In this document: piece after piece, positions 1-7,987 of the stretch | Position numbering within the stretch: the first letter of the stretch is position 1 | Layout: every line of letters begins with the position of its first letter | Assembly: GCA_029856435.1 (NCBI GenBank) | Contig: JAHQXB010000144.1 | Location: 1-13,528, forward strand | Length of the DNA: 13,528 nucleotides | Reading direction: 5' to 3' | DNA from: Candidatus Jordarchaeia archaeon | GTDB lineage: Archaea; Asgardarchaeota; Jordiarchaeia; Jordiarchaeales; Jordiarchaeaceae | Notes under the pieces: generated by a model | Told to the model about the DNA's origin: nothing | What the model saw: only the letters and a program-made list of their open reading frames with translations | Databases searched by the model: none | Position numbers and translations under genes: made by a program

Positions 1-520
1 AGGGCTAAGGCAATTTTAAATTCATTATATTTTTGTTTATCTAACAAGACTTTTTATTCTATGATTTAAAAAACCGCCTTCCACCACTTTTGCAAAACAG
101 TAGAAGAAAAAACGAATCATTTAAAAAATTCCAAATCAGTAGTTTATGTACATTGTCCTACCTATTCTATAAAATTTTGAGACGCTTAAAATAAGGGATT
201 ATTCAAACGCGACATAAGATTCTCTTCTAACTATTACTTCACCGAACCGCACCAGTATTTTAGAGTTACTTAGTTTTATCTCAAATGAGAACTTGTTAAA
301 AAATTGTTGTTTCAGGGGTTCTGGTTGGCTTTTCCACCAGATGTAAACGGGTGACTCTGGGAATTCCAAGGCAGAAATATGCTATAAAGGAAGGCTTTGC
401 ACCACACACCCCACCAACCCTTGAAGACACCGCAACCAAACCGCGAAAAAGACCTTTTTAGCAAGTTCCTCAAATGAAAGCAATTTATGAATTACCTAAA
501 GGGGGTAAATATAAATTTAA

Positions 521-535
521 CGAAAGATTTATAAA
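521..535 (+). promoter_or_regulatory. BRE + TATA box, probable tfb promoter
   Basis: CGAAAG (521-526) followed by TTTATAAA (528-535), about 90 nt upstream of the tfb ATG; matches archaeal BRE-TATA spacing. Confidence 0.6.
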
Positions 536-623
536 TAACTAATATCATTCCAGCTCCAGATAAGCGGCAATATACGAAAAGCAATACTCAGAAGTTTTAT
601 ACAAATTTCCGGAGAAAGGTGTC

Positions 624-1580
624 ATGGGTGGTCACTTCATGGTTGAAGAAGCCGACAGTGAAGAGAAGGCGAAAACACCCTATAGGTGCTCGGAATGCGG
701 AGCCGCAGATATAATCCGTGATGTAACCCGAGGAGAATTAATCTGTAGCCGTTGTGGCCTTGTAATCGATGAGCATATGATTGATCAAGGTCCAGAATGG
801 AGGGCTTTTACCTCGGAAGAACGCTCAAGGCGCAGTCGTGTGGGATCCCCTACCTCATACACCGTCCACGATAAGGGATTAAGCACCATGATTGATTGGC
901 GAAACTGCGACGCCTACGGTAAAAAGTTAACTCCCCGGCGTAGAGCACAAATTTATCGCTTAAGAAAGTGGCAAATTCGAACCCGAGTCCACAGCTCTAT
1001 GGATAGAAACTTGGCTTATGCCATGTCGGAACTCGACAGACTTTCCAGCCAGCTGGGAATCCCCCATGGAGTAAAAGAATCCTCAGCAGTTATTTATCGA
1101 AAAGCCATCGAAAAAAGTCTCATAAGAGGACGCTCCATAGAAGCCATGGTAGCGGCATCCGTTTACGGAGCCTGCCGCATGCGCAAGGTTCCTCGAACCC
1201 TAGATGAAATCGCTAAACAGTCCAGAGTCGGACGTAAAGAATTGGGAAGATGCTACCGTCTAGTTCTCAGAGAACTCGACATCGAAATACCTATCGCCAA
1301 CCCTATAGACTTCGTACCCCGATTCGGCAACGAATTGCACCTCTCAGGCAAGGCTCAAAGAATGGCAGCTCAAATCATCGAAAAAGCAAAAGAAATGGGA
1401 ATAACTGCCGGCAAAGACCCAACTGGACTCGCAGCAGCCTCAATGTACATCGCAGCTATAATGATAGGGGAACGCCGAACACAAAGAGAAATAGCTGAAG
1501 TTGCGCATGTCACCGAAGTCACCGTGAGAAACAGATACAAGGAGTTAATCAAAAAGCTAAAGCTAGAAGTTGAAATCTAA
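624..1580 (+). CDS. tfb: Transcription initiation factor IIB (TFB)
   Basis: Zn ribbon CSECG...CSRCG, B-reader GPEWRAF, two cyclin repeats ([48 protein letters not shown]). SD-like AAGGTG before ATG 624; ATG 639 is an alternative start. Confidence 0.98.
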   Translation: MGGHFMVEEADSEEKAKTPYRCSECGAADIIRDVTRGELICSRCGLVIDEHMIDQGPEWRAFTSEERSRRSRVGSPTSYTVHDKGLSTMIDWRNCDAYGKKLTPRRRAQIYRLRKWQIRTRVHSSMDRNLAYAMSELDRLSSQLGIPHGVKESSAVIYRKAIEKSLIRGRSIEAMVAASVYGACRMRKVPRTLDEIAKQSRVGRKELGRCYRLVLRELDIEIPIANPIDFVPRFGNELHLSGKAQRMAAQIIEKAKEMGITAGKDPTGLAAASMYIAAIMIGERRTQREIAEVAHVTEVTVRNRYKELIKKLKLEVEI

Positions 1581-1627
1581 TATAAAAATAAAAAAGGCAG
1601 CGTTATTTAAAAACTTCCATATCTCCC

Positions 1628-1660
1628 TTCTTTTCTTTTCCCATCTTTTTTCCCTTTTAT
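1628..1660 (+). terminator. Oligo-T tract terminator candidate downstream of tfb
   Basis: Several T4-T6 runs in a pyrimidine-rich stretch 50-80 nt after the tfb stop. Confidence 0.45.
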
Positions 1661-1810
1661 TCTCTGTGAGTATACAATTTCCTTCTGCGCCATCCACTTT
1701 AACCATAAAAAACCAATTATGTCCTAGAAAACAGAACATCTATAACCATCATATGGGTTCTGCCTCCACTACTTTTTCGTTTATAACTCGTGATTTTTAC
1801 GAGGTTTAAA

Positions 1811-1918
1811 GGTGATGCAGATTTATTCGGCTCCATCTCCCTAATAAGGCTCCAAATCGTGAAAGAAGCCCTATAAACACCCCTTTTTTGAGGCGAAACC
1901 GAACGATTCTACATCACC
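1811..1918 (+). mobile_element. 108-bp MITE, copy 1
   Basis: Imperfect 20-bp terminal inverted repeats (GGTGATGCAGATTTATTCGG / CCGAACGATTCTACATCACC, 16/20). Identical to the reverse complement of 12760-12867. Flanked by a 9-bp near-duplication AGGTTTAAA (1802-1810) / AAGTTTAAA (1919-1927). Confidence 0.9.
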
Positions 1919-2013
1919 AAGTTTAAAAGACACTAACTTTAAATAAGTATATTGTGTTTTTTAAACGTGGCAAAAACATTTCTAAATATGCAAAAAAGTT
2001 GGAATGGTGGGTA

Positions 2014-2325
2014 ATGGCACAACAAATATGTCCAATATGTGGTTTACCTAAAGACCTCTGTGTCTGTCAAGAAATAGCAAAAGAAGAACAGAGAATAAAA
2101 GTTAGAATAGAAAAAAGGAAGTTCGGGCGTGAGGTAACCATTGTTGAGGGCATCAATAGCAAAGATGTTGATTTGGGCAAGTTGGCCACAAAGTTAAAGA
2201 GTGCTCTGGCGTGTGGTGGTACCTCTAAAGATGATCGCATCGAACTTCAGGGCGACCACAGGTATCGTACTAAGGATCTTTTGGTGGAGTGGGGTTATCC
2301 TGAGAAGAATATCGACGTTTCTTAG
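2014..2325 (+). CDS. sui1: Translation initiation factor SUI1 / aIF1 homolog
   Basis: ICPICGLPKDLCVCQEIAKEEQRI, GREVTIVEG, LKSALACGGT, IELQGDHR. Start moved from the track's 1954 to ATG 2014, which follows an SD-like GGTGGGT. Confidence 0.96.
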   Translation: MAQQICPICGLPKDLCVCQEIAKEEQRIKVRIEKRKFGREVTIVEGINSKDVDLGKLATKLKSALACGGTSKDDRIELQGDHRYRTKDLLVEWGYPEKNIDVS

Positions 2326-2354
2326 CTTCATTCATTTTCTTTCGGCGTGTAGAA

Positions 2355-2576
2355 ATGTTTCAGAGAATTAGAGACTTGCTCAGAAACCTTACTAGACGCT
2401 CCTTCAATAAAAGAGGTATCCTAGTTTGCCCGAGGTGTGGAAGCAAGAAAGTTAGGCAGTGGAATTCTATATCCGGTTTCATCACACCTCCCTACTATTT
2501 CTGTCGGAATTGTCATTACTCCGGATACTTCATTGTCGAAGTAGACAAAGAAGAGGAAAGCGAGGAAAGTTTTTAG
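2355..2576 (+). CDS. Small Zn-ribbon protein of unknown function
   Basis: CPRCGS...CRNCHY two-knuckle Zn ribbon and an acidic C-terminal tail; ATG start 29 nt after the sui1 stop on the same strand. Confidence 0.75.
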   Translation: MFQRIRDLLRNLTRRSFNKRGILVCPRCGSKKVRQWNSISGFITPPYYFCRNCHYSGYFIVEVDKEEESEESF

Positions 2577-2663
2577 AATCAAAATTAGATGTAACACTTC
2601 GGATATAGTTTTTGGATTTATTTAGGCTTTCAGAAAGTTCTGTTTCAACTCTGTAGTACAAGC

Positions 2664-2679
2664 GGGAAATATTTATTAA
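2664..2679 (+). promoter_or_regulatory. BRE/TATA candidate for rpoP
   Basis: GGGAAATA followed by TTTATTAA (2672-2679), about 30-50 nt upstream of the rpoP start codons. Confidence 0.45.
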
Positions 2680-2729
2680 ACTCTAATTGATAGTCCAAAT
2701 CGGCAAACACTATGAGAAGGGATAATAGA

Positions 2730-2873
2730 ATGGTGTACGTGTGCGGCAAATGTAATAGAGAAGTTACTGTGGAGGGTTTAGATCTTCTTGGTGGCATTAA
2801 GTGTCCCCAGTGTGGTTATAGAGTGCTGTACAAAGCTCGGCCGCCGGTTATCAAACGTGTAAAGGCTAGATAA
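2730..2873 (+). CDS. rpoP: DNA-directed RNA polymerase subunit P (Rpo12 / RPB12 homolog), absent from the ORF track
   Basis: Manual translation MVYVCGKCNREVTVEGLDLLGGIKCPQCGYRVLYKARPPVIKRVKAR* (47 aa): YxCxxC...IKCPxCGYRVLYKxRP is the Rpo12 signature. In-frame alternative ATG at 2712. Confidence 0.95.
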   Translation: MVYVCGKCNREVTVEGLDLLGGIKCPQCGYRVLYKARPPVIKRVKAR

Positions 2874-2988
2874 TTTTTAGGATTTTGTGTCTTTTTGGTA
2901 TCTTGGGGAAAGTTATTTTAGGAAATTTAGAATTAAGTTCTAAAATCTAGGTAATTAGAGGTATTTGTTGTCGTGAGTGTTGGTTGTC

Positions 2989-4551
2989 ATGTCAGGTGAG
3001 AGTAAGTCTAAAAAAAGCGTTGCTGAACAGAGATCCGAGAAGAGCTTGTTCGATAGAATTTGGACCTTGGCTTATCATAGAGGTTTTGTTTTTCCCAGCG
3101 CAGAGATTTATGGTGGTATTGCAGGCATCTATGATTTAGGTCCCCTGGGCGCTAAGATGAAGAATAATTTGATACAGGCCTGGCGGGAATTTTTTGTCTT
3201 AAAAGAGGTTAATCCACCAGTATATGAGTTAGACGGTTCCACAATTCTTCCCTATGAGGCTTTAAAGGCCTCTGGACATCTCGATAGCTTTACAGATCCT
3301 ACAGTTAATTGTTTAAAGTGTAAGAAAGTTATGCGTGCAGATCATTTGATTGAGGACAGTTTGGGTTTATATGTGGAGGGAATGACTCCGGAGCAACTTA
3401 CGAGGATAATAAGAGAAAATAGATTGGTTTGTCCTGAGTGTAAAGGTGATTTAAGTGATGTTTCTGTTTTTAATTTAATGTTGGGAGTAAAGGTTGGTCC
3501 GGCGGGTGGGCAGACCGCTTTTTTGAGACCAGAAACTGCTCAAGATATATTCATGGATTTTAAGCGGGTTCAGCAGTCGATGAGGGCGAAGCTTCCTTTT
3601 GGAATTGCTCAAATTGGTAAGTCTTACCGAAATGAGATTTCCCCAAGGCAAGGTTTGATTAGGATTCGTGAGTTTACACAGATGGAGATTGAAATGTTTA
3701 TCCATCCCAAGGAGATCGGGAACCATCCCAGTTTTTATATGGTGAAAGATACTAAAATAAGAATTTTAACGAGGGAACAACAGAAAAGGGGGGAGAAGGA
3801 GCCATTGGAGATGACAGCATCAGAGTTCCTAGAAAGGAATATTCTTCCCAATCCCTATATGGCATATTATCTTGCAAAGGAGACGATTTTTTATCAGAGT
3901 TTGGGTATCCCCTACGAAAAGTTTCATTTCAGACACATGATGCCCGAAGAAACACCCTTCTATTCCGGTGGCAATTTTGATCTGGAGGTTGAGCTGAGCA
4001 TTGGAAGAAAGGAAATCGTCGGTAACGCATATAGAACCAACTACGATTTATCTAACCACATGAAGAAGAGCGGTAAGGATTTGTCCATAAGCATTGACGG
4101 AGAAAAAATTATTCCCGAGGTTGTGGAGCCTTCATTCGGTGTGGAGAGGGCTATTTACTGCATCTTGGAACACTGCTTTCGAGAAGACGATGGAAGGGGG
4201 TGGACATGGTTCCAATTCCCCCCAAAAATCGCTCCAGTAAAGGCTTTGGTACTACCCCTTGTTCGAAAAGAGCCCTTGACGGACATTGCTTTTAAGACTT
4301 ATGAAACCCTTAAGAAAAACGGATTAGAAGTAGAGTATGATGACCGCGGATCTGTAGGTAAAAGATACGCTAGAGGCGATGAAATTGGCATTCCTTACTG
4401 TGTAACTATAGATTATGACACAGTTAAAGCTAATACAGTTACCATAAGGGACAGAGATTCCAGAAAACAGACTGTTGTGAAAAGGGATGATTTAGTTGAA
4501 ATTCTCTTCAAACTGATTTGCGGAAACATAGAATTTAATACTTTATTATAG
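2989..4551 (+). CDS. glyS: Glycine--tRNA ligase, archaeal/eukaryotic alpha2 type
   Basis: SAEIYGG, DLGPLGAKMKNN, LRPETAQ, GKSYRNEISPRQG, REFTQMEIE, VVEPSFGVER; C-terminal anticodon-binding domain (GKRYARGDEIGIPYCVTID); CxxC/CPxC insertion. ATG 2989 preferred over the track's GTG 2977. Confidence 0.97.
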   Translation: MSGESKSKKSVAEQRSEKSLFDRIWTLAYHRGFVFPSAEIYGGIAGIYDLGPLGAKMKNNLIQAWREFFVLKEVNPPVYELDGSTILPYEALKASGHLDSFTDPTVNCLKCKKVMRADHLIEDSLGLYVEGMTPEQLTRIIRENRLVCPECKGDLSDVSVFNLMLGVKVGPAGGQTAFLRPETAQDIFMDFKRVQQSMRAKLPFGIAQIGKSYRNEISPRQGLIRIREFTQMEIEMFIHPKEIGNHPSFYMVKDTKIRILTREQQKRGEKEPLEMTASEFLERNILPNPYMAYYLAKETIFYQSLGIPYEKFHFRHMMPEETPFYSGGNFDLEVELSIGRKEIVGNAYRTNYDLSNHMKKSGKDLSISIDGEKIIPEVVEPSFGVERAIYCILEHCFREDDGRGWTWFQFPPKIAPVKALVLPLVRKEPLTDIAFKTYETLKKNGLEVEYDDRGSVGKRYARGDEIGIPYCVTIDYDTVKANTVTIRDRDSRKQTVVKRDDLVEILFKLICGNIEFNTLL

Positions 4552-4558
4552 AATCTCT

Positions 4559-5887
4559 TTAAAGAGGGTAGATTTCTCCATTTATGGGGGAGTAGGCGGA
4601 AATTTTTTTGAGTTCTTCTATTCGGTCAGCGAACTCTATAGTTTTCCACTCTTCTCCGTGCACACAGTATACTCTTTCAAGTCCCTTAATTTTGGATATG
4701 AATCTGAAAAGTCCAGACTGATCTGCGTGAGCGCTGAATTCAAAAGTCTTAACTTCTGAGAACACTTTGAATGGCTCTTCGTCCGGAGAGAGCTTTATTT
4801 CCCTTTCTCCATCTTGGAGCCTCCGCCCCCTTGTACCAGGAACCTGATAACCTGTTAGACAAATGAGATTTTTGGAGTCCTCCGCTATCTGCTTCAGATA
4901 ACCAACTATTGGACCACCCTCAAGCATTCCTGAAGTGCTTATAATGATGCAAGGTTCATCCAAGTTAACGTTTTTCTTTTGGTATACCTCAACAAAAATA
5001 TCCGACTCTAGAGGACTTTGACGAGTGTATCTTATTTGCCTTTTAATCTGTGAACGCAGATAGTACCAGTACAACCGGTAAATCTCATTTATCTTTTTAA
5101 TCATTCCATCAATATATATAGGCACCCGCGAGAGAACACCACTCCTTACGAAGGCTTCCAGAGACAACATCACCTCTTGAGCCCTCCCCACTGAAAATAC
5201 AGGTATCAACACCCTCCCACCACGATCAAGGGCCTTGTTTATAGCCTCCTTGAATTCTCGCTCAACCCTCTGAAAACTGGGGTGGCGATCATTATGGGCA
5301 GCGTAAGTTGATTCAATTATTAATGTATCAACCTTGCCTACAGAGGTTTCCGCCATATCTTGAGTTCGAGTATTCCGGGTAGATAGATCCCCAGTATATA
5401 GAATAACGCGATCATTAATTTTTAAGCGAACCATCGCTGCCCCTAATATATGACCTGACGAAAGAAGCATAGCCTTAATCCCCCCACGTAGATTCATTTC
5501 CACATTATAGTTAACATCATATGCGTGGCTTCGGACAGCCATAACGTCTTGGGAGGTGTAGGGTAACTCCATACCCCCCTCTTTCTGCAATTTTAAAAAA
5601 TCTATATGCAAAAGTTCACCCAAATCTTGAGTTGGCGGTGTAGCAATTTCTTGACATCCATACCTCGAAATTATTGCAGGGAGATAGCCTGAGTGGTCCA
5701 GATGAGCATGAGTAATGAAAACAGTTTTTGGAGGAATAGTTGGCTCTAAAGGGTACTCTTCCTCACTGACTTTGCCCAAATTAATTCCTGTATCCATAAG
5801 AATACACTCATCTCCTTTTCTAATGGAGACGCATGACCGCCCGACTTCCCTAGCTCCTCCAAGAAAAGATAATTCAATCCTTGCCAA
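4559..5887 (-). CDS. Metallo-beta-lactamase beta-CASP ribonuclease, CPSF type without N-terminal KH domains (aCPSF2/aCPSF1b-like)
   Basis: GGAREVGRSC, THAHLDHSG, SGHILGAA, YTGD, IESTY, SGMLEGGP, GYQVPGTRGR, FSAHAD. TTG start with SD GGTGA. Confidence 0.92.
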   Translation of the reverse strand: MARIELSFLGGAREVGRSCVSIRKGDECILMDTGINLGKVSEEEYPLEPTIPPKTVFITHAHLDHSGYLPAIISRYGCQEIATPPTQDLGELLHIDFLKLQKEGGMELPYTSQDVMAVRSHAYDVNYNVEMNLRGGIKAMLLSSGHILGAAMVRLKINDRVILYTGDLSTRNTRTQDMAETSVGKVDTLIIESTYAAHNDRHPSFQRVEREFKEAINKALDRGGRVLIPVFSVGRAQEVMLSLEAFVRSGVLSRVPIYIDGMIKKINEIYRLYWYYLRSQIKRQIRYTRQSPLESDIFVEVYQKKNVNLDEPCIIISTSGMLEGGPIVGYLKQIAEDSKNLICLTGYQVPGTRGRRLQDGEREIKLSPDEEPFKVFSEVKTFEFSAHADQSGLFRFISKIKGLERVYCVHGEEWKTIEFADRIEELKKISAYSPINGEIYPL

Positions 5888-5971
5888 TAATCTATCACCA
5901 GTTAAACCTTAGAATGCCGAACATCTACTCCCTTCAACTTATAATCCTAGCTTTCATGATCTGCTTTTCGG

Positions 5972-6928
5972 TTATCTTGTGATTACTTCACATCCGTCTT
6001 TGAGAACGATTAGGGTATGTTCAGCTTGAGACACCAAACTGCCTTTCTTGTCTGACAACACATTATAGGCGCGAAGTACACCCTTTTCTGTCAACTCCCT
6101 TATGGCAAATTTGAGACCAGCCTTAGAAGTCTTCTTTGCTAACCATCTCTCAGCAAATGGTAGAGTTTTGAAATCTTTTTGAATTAGACCTAAAACTTGA
6201 CGTGAGCCCTTAAATCTTAAAGGCACTCTAATGGGCATCAAACTATAGATATATGCATAAGGCGCCTCAGTTACACTTCCAGAACCTGTAGAGGCAAAAG
6301 TCTCAAGAGCATACACCTCGCCCTCCTCTATCTTAGTACCATGAGGAACAGATATATTTGGGATAATCTTTGAGCTATGAAGAAAATACTGATCAAGTAA
6401 ATGACCAGAAAGATCCTTTATAGGCCTAAAACCGTATCCTTTAATCGTTTCTTCAATCTTCTCTCCTATAAGCTTTGTTTCTACCCCTGGTTTAATCAAT
6501 TCTATAGCAACTTCAAGAGCCCTTTCTGAAGCCTCAATTAACTTATTATGCTCAGGATTAAAACTTACAGTGAACGCTGTATCCGCAATGTATCCATCTA
6601 CATGTGCTCCGAAATCGATTTTTACCACATCTCTCTCACTTATAACCGTTTTATCATCTGGAGGGGATGTGTAATGCGCCGCAACGTTATTTATAGAAAC
6701 ATTGCAGGGAAATGACAAACCCACACCCCTACTTAATAGTTCGCTTTCAATCCTTTCACAGATGTCAATAACAGGGGTACCAGGCTGTACAATTTTCCTT
6801 GCAATTTCACGCACTTCCTTCGCAGTTTTTCCAGCCTTCCGGTATTTTTCAAATTTTTCTTCCTCTTCTTGTTGCTGTTTTTGCTCCTGTTTCTCTGAAG
6901 AATGATTTTTTACATTCTTAGCGCTCAA
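5972..6928 (-). CDS. map: Methionine aminopeptidase type II
   Basis: FPCNVSINNVAAHY, KIDFGAHVDGYIAD, LSGH, YALETF, type II helical insertion with LPFAERW, QAEHT. TTG start with SD AGGAGG. Confidence 0.97.
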   Translation of the reverse strand: MSAKNVKNHSSEKQEQKQQQEEEEKFEKYRKAGKTAKEVREIARKIVQPGTPVIDICERIESELLSRGVGLSFPCNVSINNVAAHYTSPPDDKTVISERDVVKIDFGAHVDGYIADTAFTVSFNPEHNKLIEASERALEVAIELIKPGVETKLIGEKIEETIKGYGFRPIKDLSGHLLDQYFLHSSKIIPNISVPHGTKIEEGEVYALETFASTGSGSVTEAPYAYIYSLMPIRVPLRFKGSRQVLGLIQKDFKTLPFAERWLAKKTSKAGLKFAIRELTEKGVLRAYNVLSDKKGSLVSQAEHTLIVLKDGCEVITR

Positions 6929-7188
6929 AACTTTTCCTCCTGATACTTAGTCTATAATTAACAGAAATTATTAAATCATTCCCTTTTAATTCAACAAGCC
7001 GTATAAATATAAGAACAAAAGGTTAATGAGCGACAAATGCAGTATAATTATAAAATAAATTTTTACATCTACCATATGAGCTTTATCAAACATAGGAGAC
7101 CGAAAAACTGCAATATAGGTTAAATTTATAGCCAATTCAGGGACAAAAATTATTATTGTCCAATAATTAAGTTCTGTAGTGATCAAGA

Positions 7189-7563
7189 TTGTCAAAAATT
7201 GAGGAGATCATGAGTTTAATCAGAGACATGGAAGCAAACACACCCGGAATAGAAGCTAGTGCTGTGGTCAGTATACAGGGATTACCTATAGCCTCCGCGA
7301 TGCCGACGGAAGTGGATGAAAGTGTTGTAGCAGCTATGACTGCCGCTATGCTTAGTGTAGGTGAACGTGCCGCACAAGAACTGGCACGTGGTAACCTACA
7401 GCAAATAACGCTGCAAGGAGATTATGGATACATAATTATCAAGGGGGCGGGTATGAGCGCCATAATCACAGTTCTTGCTAAAAGCGACGCCAATCTCGGA
7501 TTAATAATGATGGTTCTTAAAAAAATTTCAAACAGAATAAGCGAACTATTATCAGAAGAGTAG
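7189..7563 (+). CDS. Roadblock/LC7 (MglB-like) domain protein
   Basis: IEASAVVSIQGLPIAS, VAAMTAAMLSVGERAAQEL.RG.LQQITLQGDYGYII, ANLGLI pattern. TTG start at 7189; ATG 7210 is an alternative. Confidence 0.92.
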   Translation: MSKIEEIMSLIRDMEANTPGIEASAVVSIQGLPIASAMPTEVDESVVAAMTAAMLSVGERAAQELARGNLQQITLQGDYGYIIIKGAGMSAIITVLAKSDANLGLIMMVLKKISNRISELLSEE

Positions 7564-7779
7564 AGCAAAACACTTGAATCCATCTCGCATATTCTGCGAG
7601 GGTTTAGAAAAATGCTATTTAGCGTTTTAGGTTATGTTGTTGCATTTTTTAGCGGCTCCTACAAGATGTTCTCTGAAAGAGAGGCGGTTGACAAGGGCAC
7701 CTCAAGCCCGAGGAGAAGGTGCTAGAATTGATTTTTCACTGGAATAAATTCTTTTTTAAGAAAATTAGGTAGAAATTAG

Positions 7780-7840
7780 AGGCTCAGACCGCCCGAATCG
7801 TTCTTCATCCACAAGTCAGACGGACTCATCTTCATCGCCT
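7780..7840 (-). ncRNA. Box C/D 2'-O-methylation guide sRNA (61 nt)
   Basis: Minus strand reads AGGC-G-ATGAAGA (C, 7835-7829)-TGAGTCCGT-CTGA (D', 7819-7816)-CTTGTGG-ATGAAGA (C', 7808-7802)-ACGATTCGGGCGGT-CTGA (D, 7787-7784)-GCCT. It has all four boxes, a 4-bp terminal stem, typical archaeal length and an upstream TATA box. Confidence 0.88.
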
Positions 7841-7863
7841 ATTATATATTAGCTCCTTTGAGG

Positions 7864-7876
7864 CTATAAATTCTAC
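7864..7876 (-). promoter_or_regulatory. BRE/TATA of the box C/D sRNA
   Basis: Minus strand GTAGAA-TTTATAG; the TATA occupies -30 to -24 relative to the sRNA 5' end at 7840. Confidence 0.65.
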
Positions 7877-7987
7877 GCTTTCAAAAAGAAACCGAAGTAG
7901 TTTCATTCAATTTCACCCAGAAAGGAAGACCGTGGCCCCTTTTCTAATTTAGAACAAAAGGTAACAGGCAGAGTTCGGCGAATCCGC

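Noticed and set aside
300-470. Possible gar1 or other short minus-strand ORF upstream of tfb, and a loose GGTTGG/CCAACC long-range stem
   Set aside because: The ~55-codon frames show no recognisable motif, and the stem has no supporting helices.
1250-1809. Track ORFs 1250..1498 (+), 1370..1552 (-) and 1570..1809 (+)
   Set aside because: Shadow frames of tfb or of the T-rich terminator region; no motifs or SD.
3475-7195. Track ORFs 3475..3726 (-), 5715..5912 (+), 6702..6905 (+) and 6986..7195 (-)
   Set aside because: Antisense to well-supported genes or spanning an AT-rich divergent promoter region; no recognisable content.
7612-7725. 37-aa ORF MLFSVLGYVVAFFSGSYK... after the roadblock gene
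   Set aside because: Short, with only a hydrophobic start and no family signature; cannot be supported without homologs or ribosome profiling.
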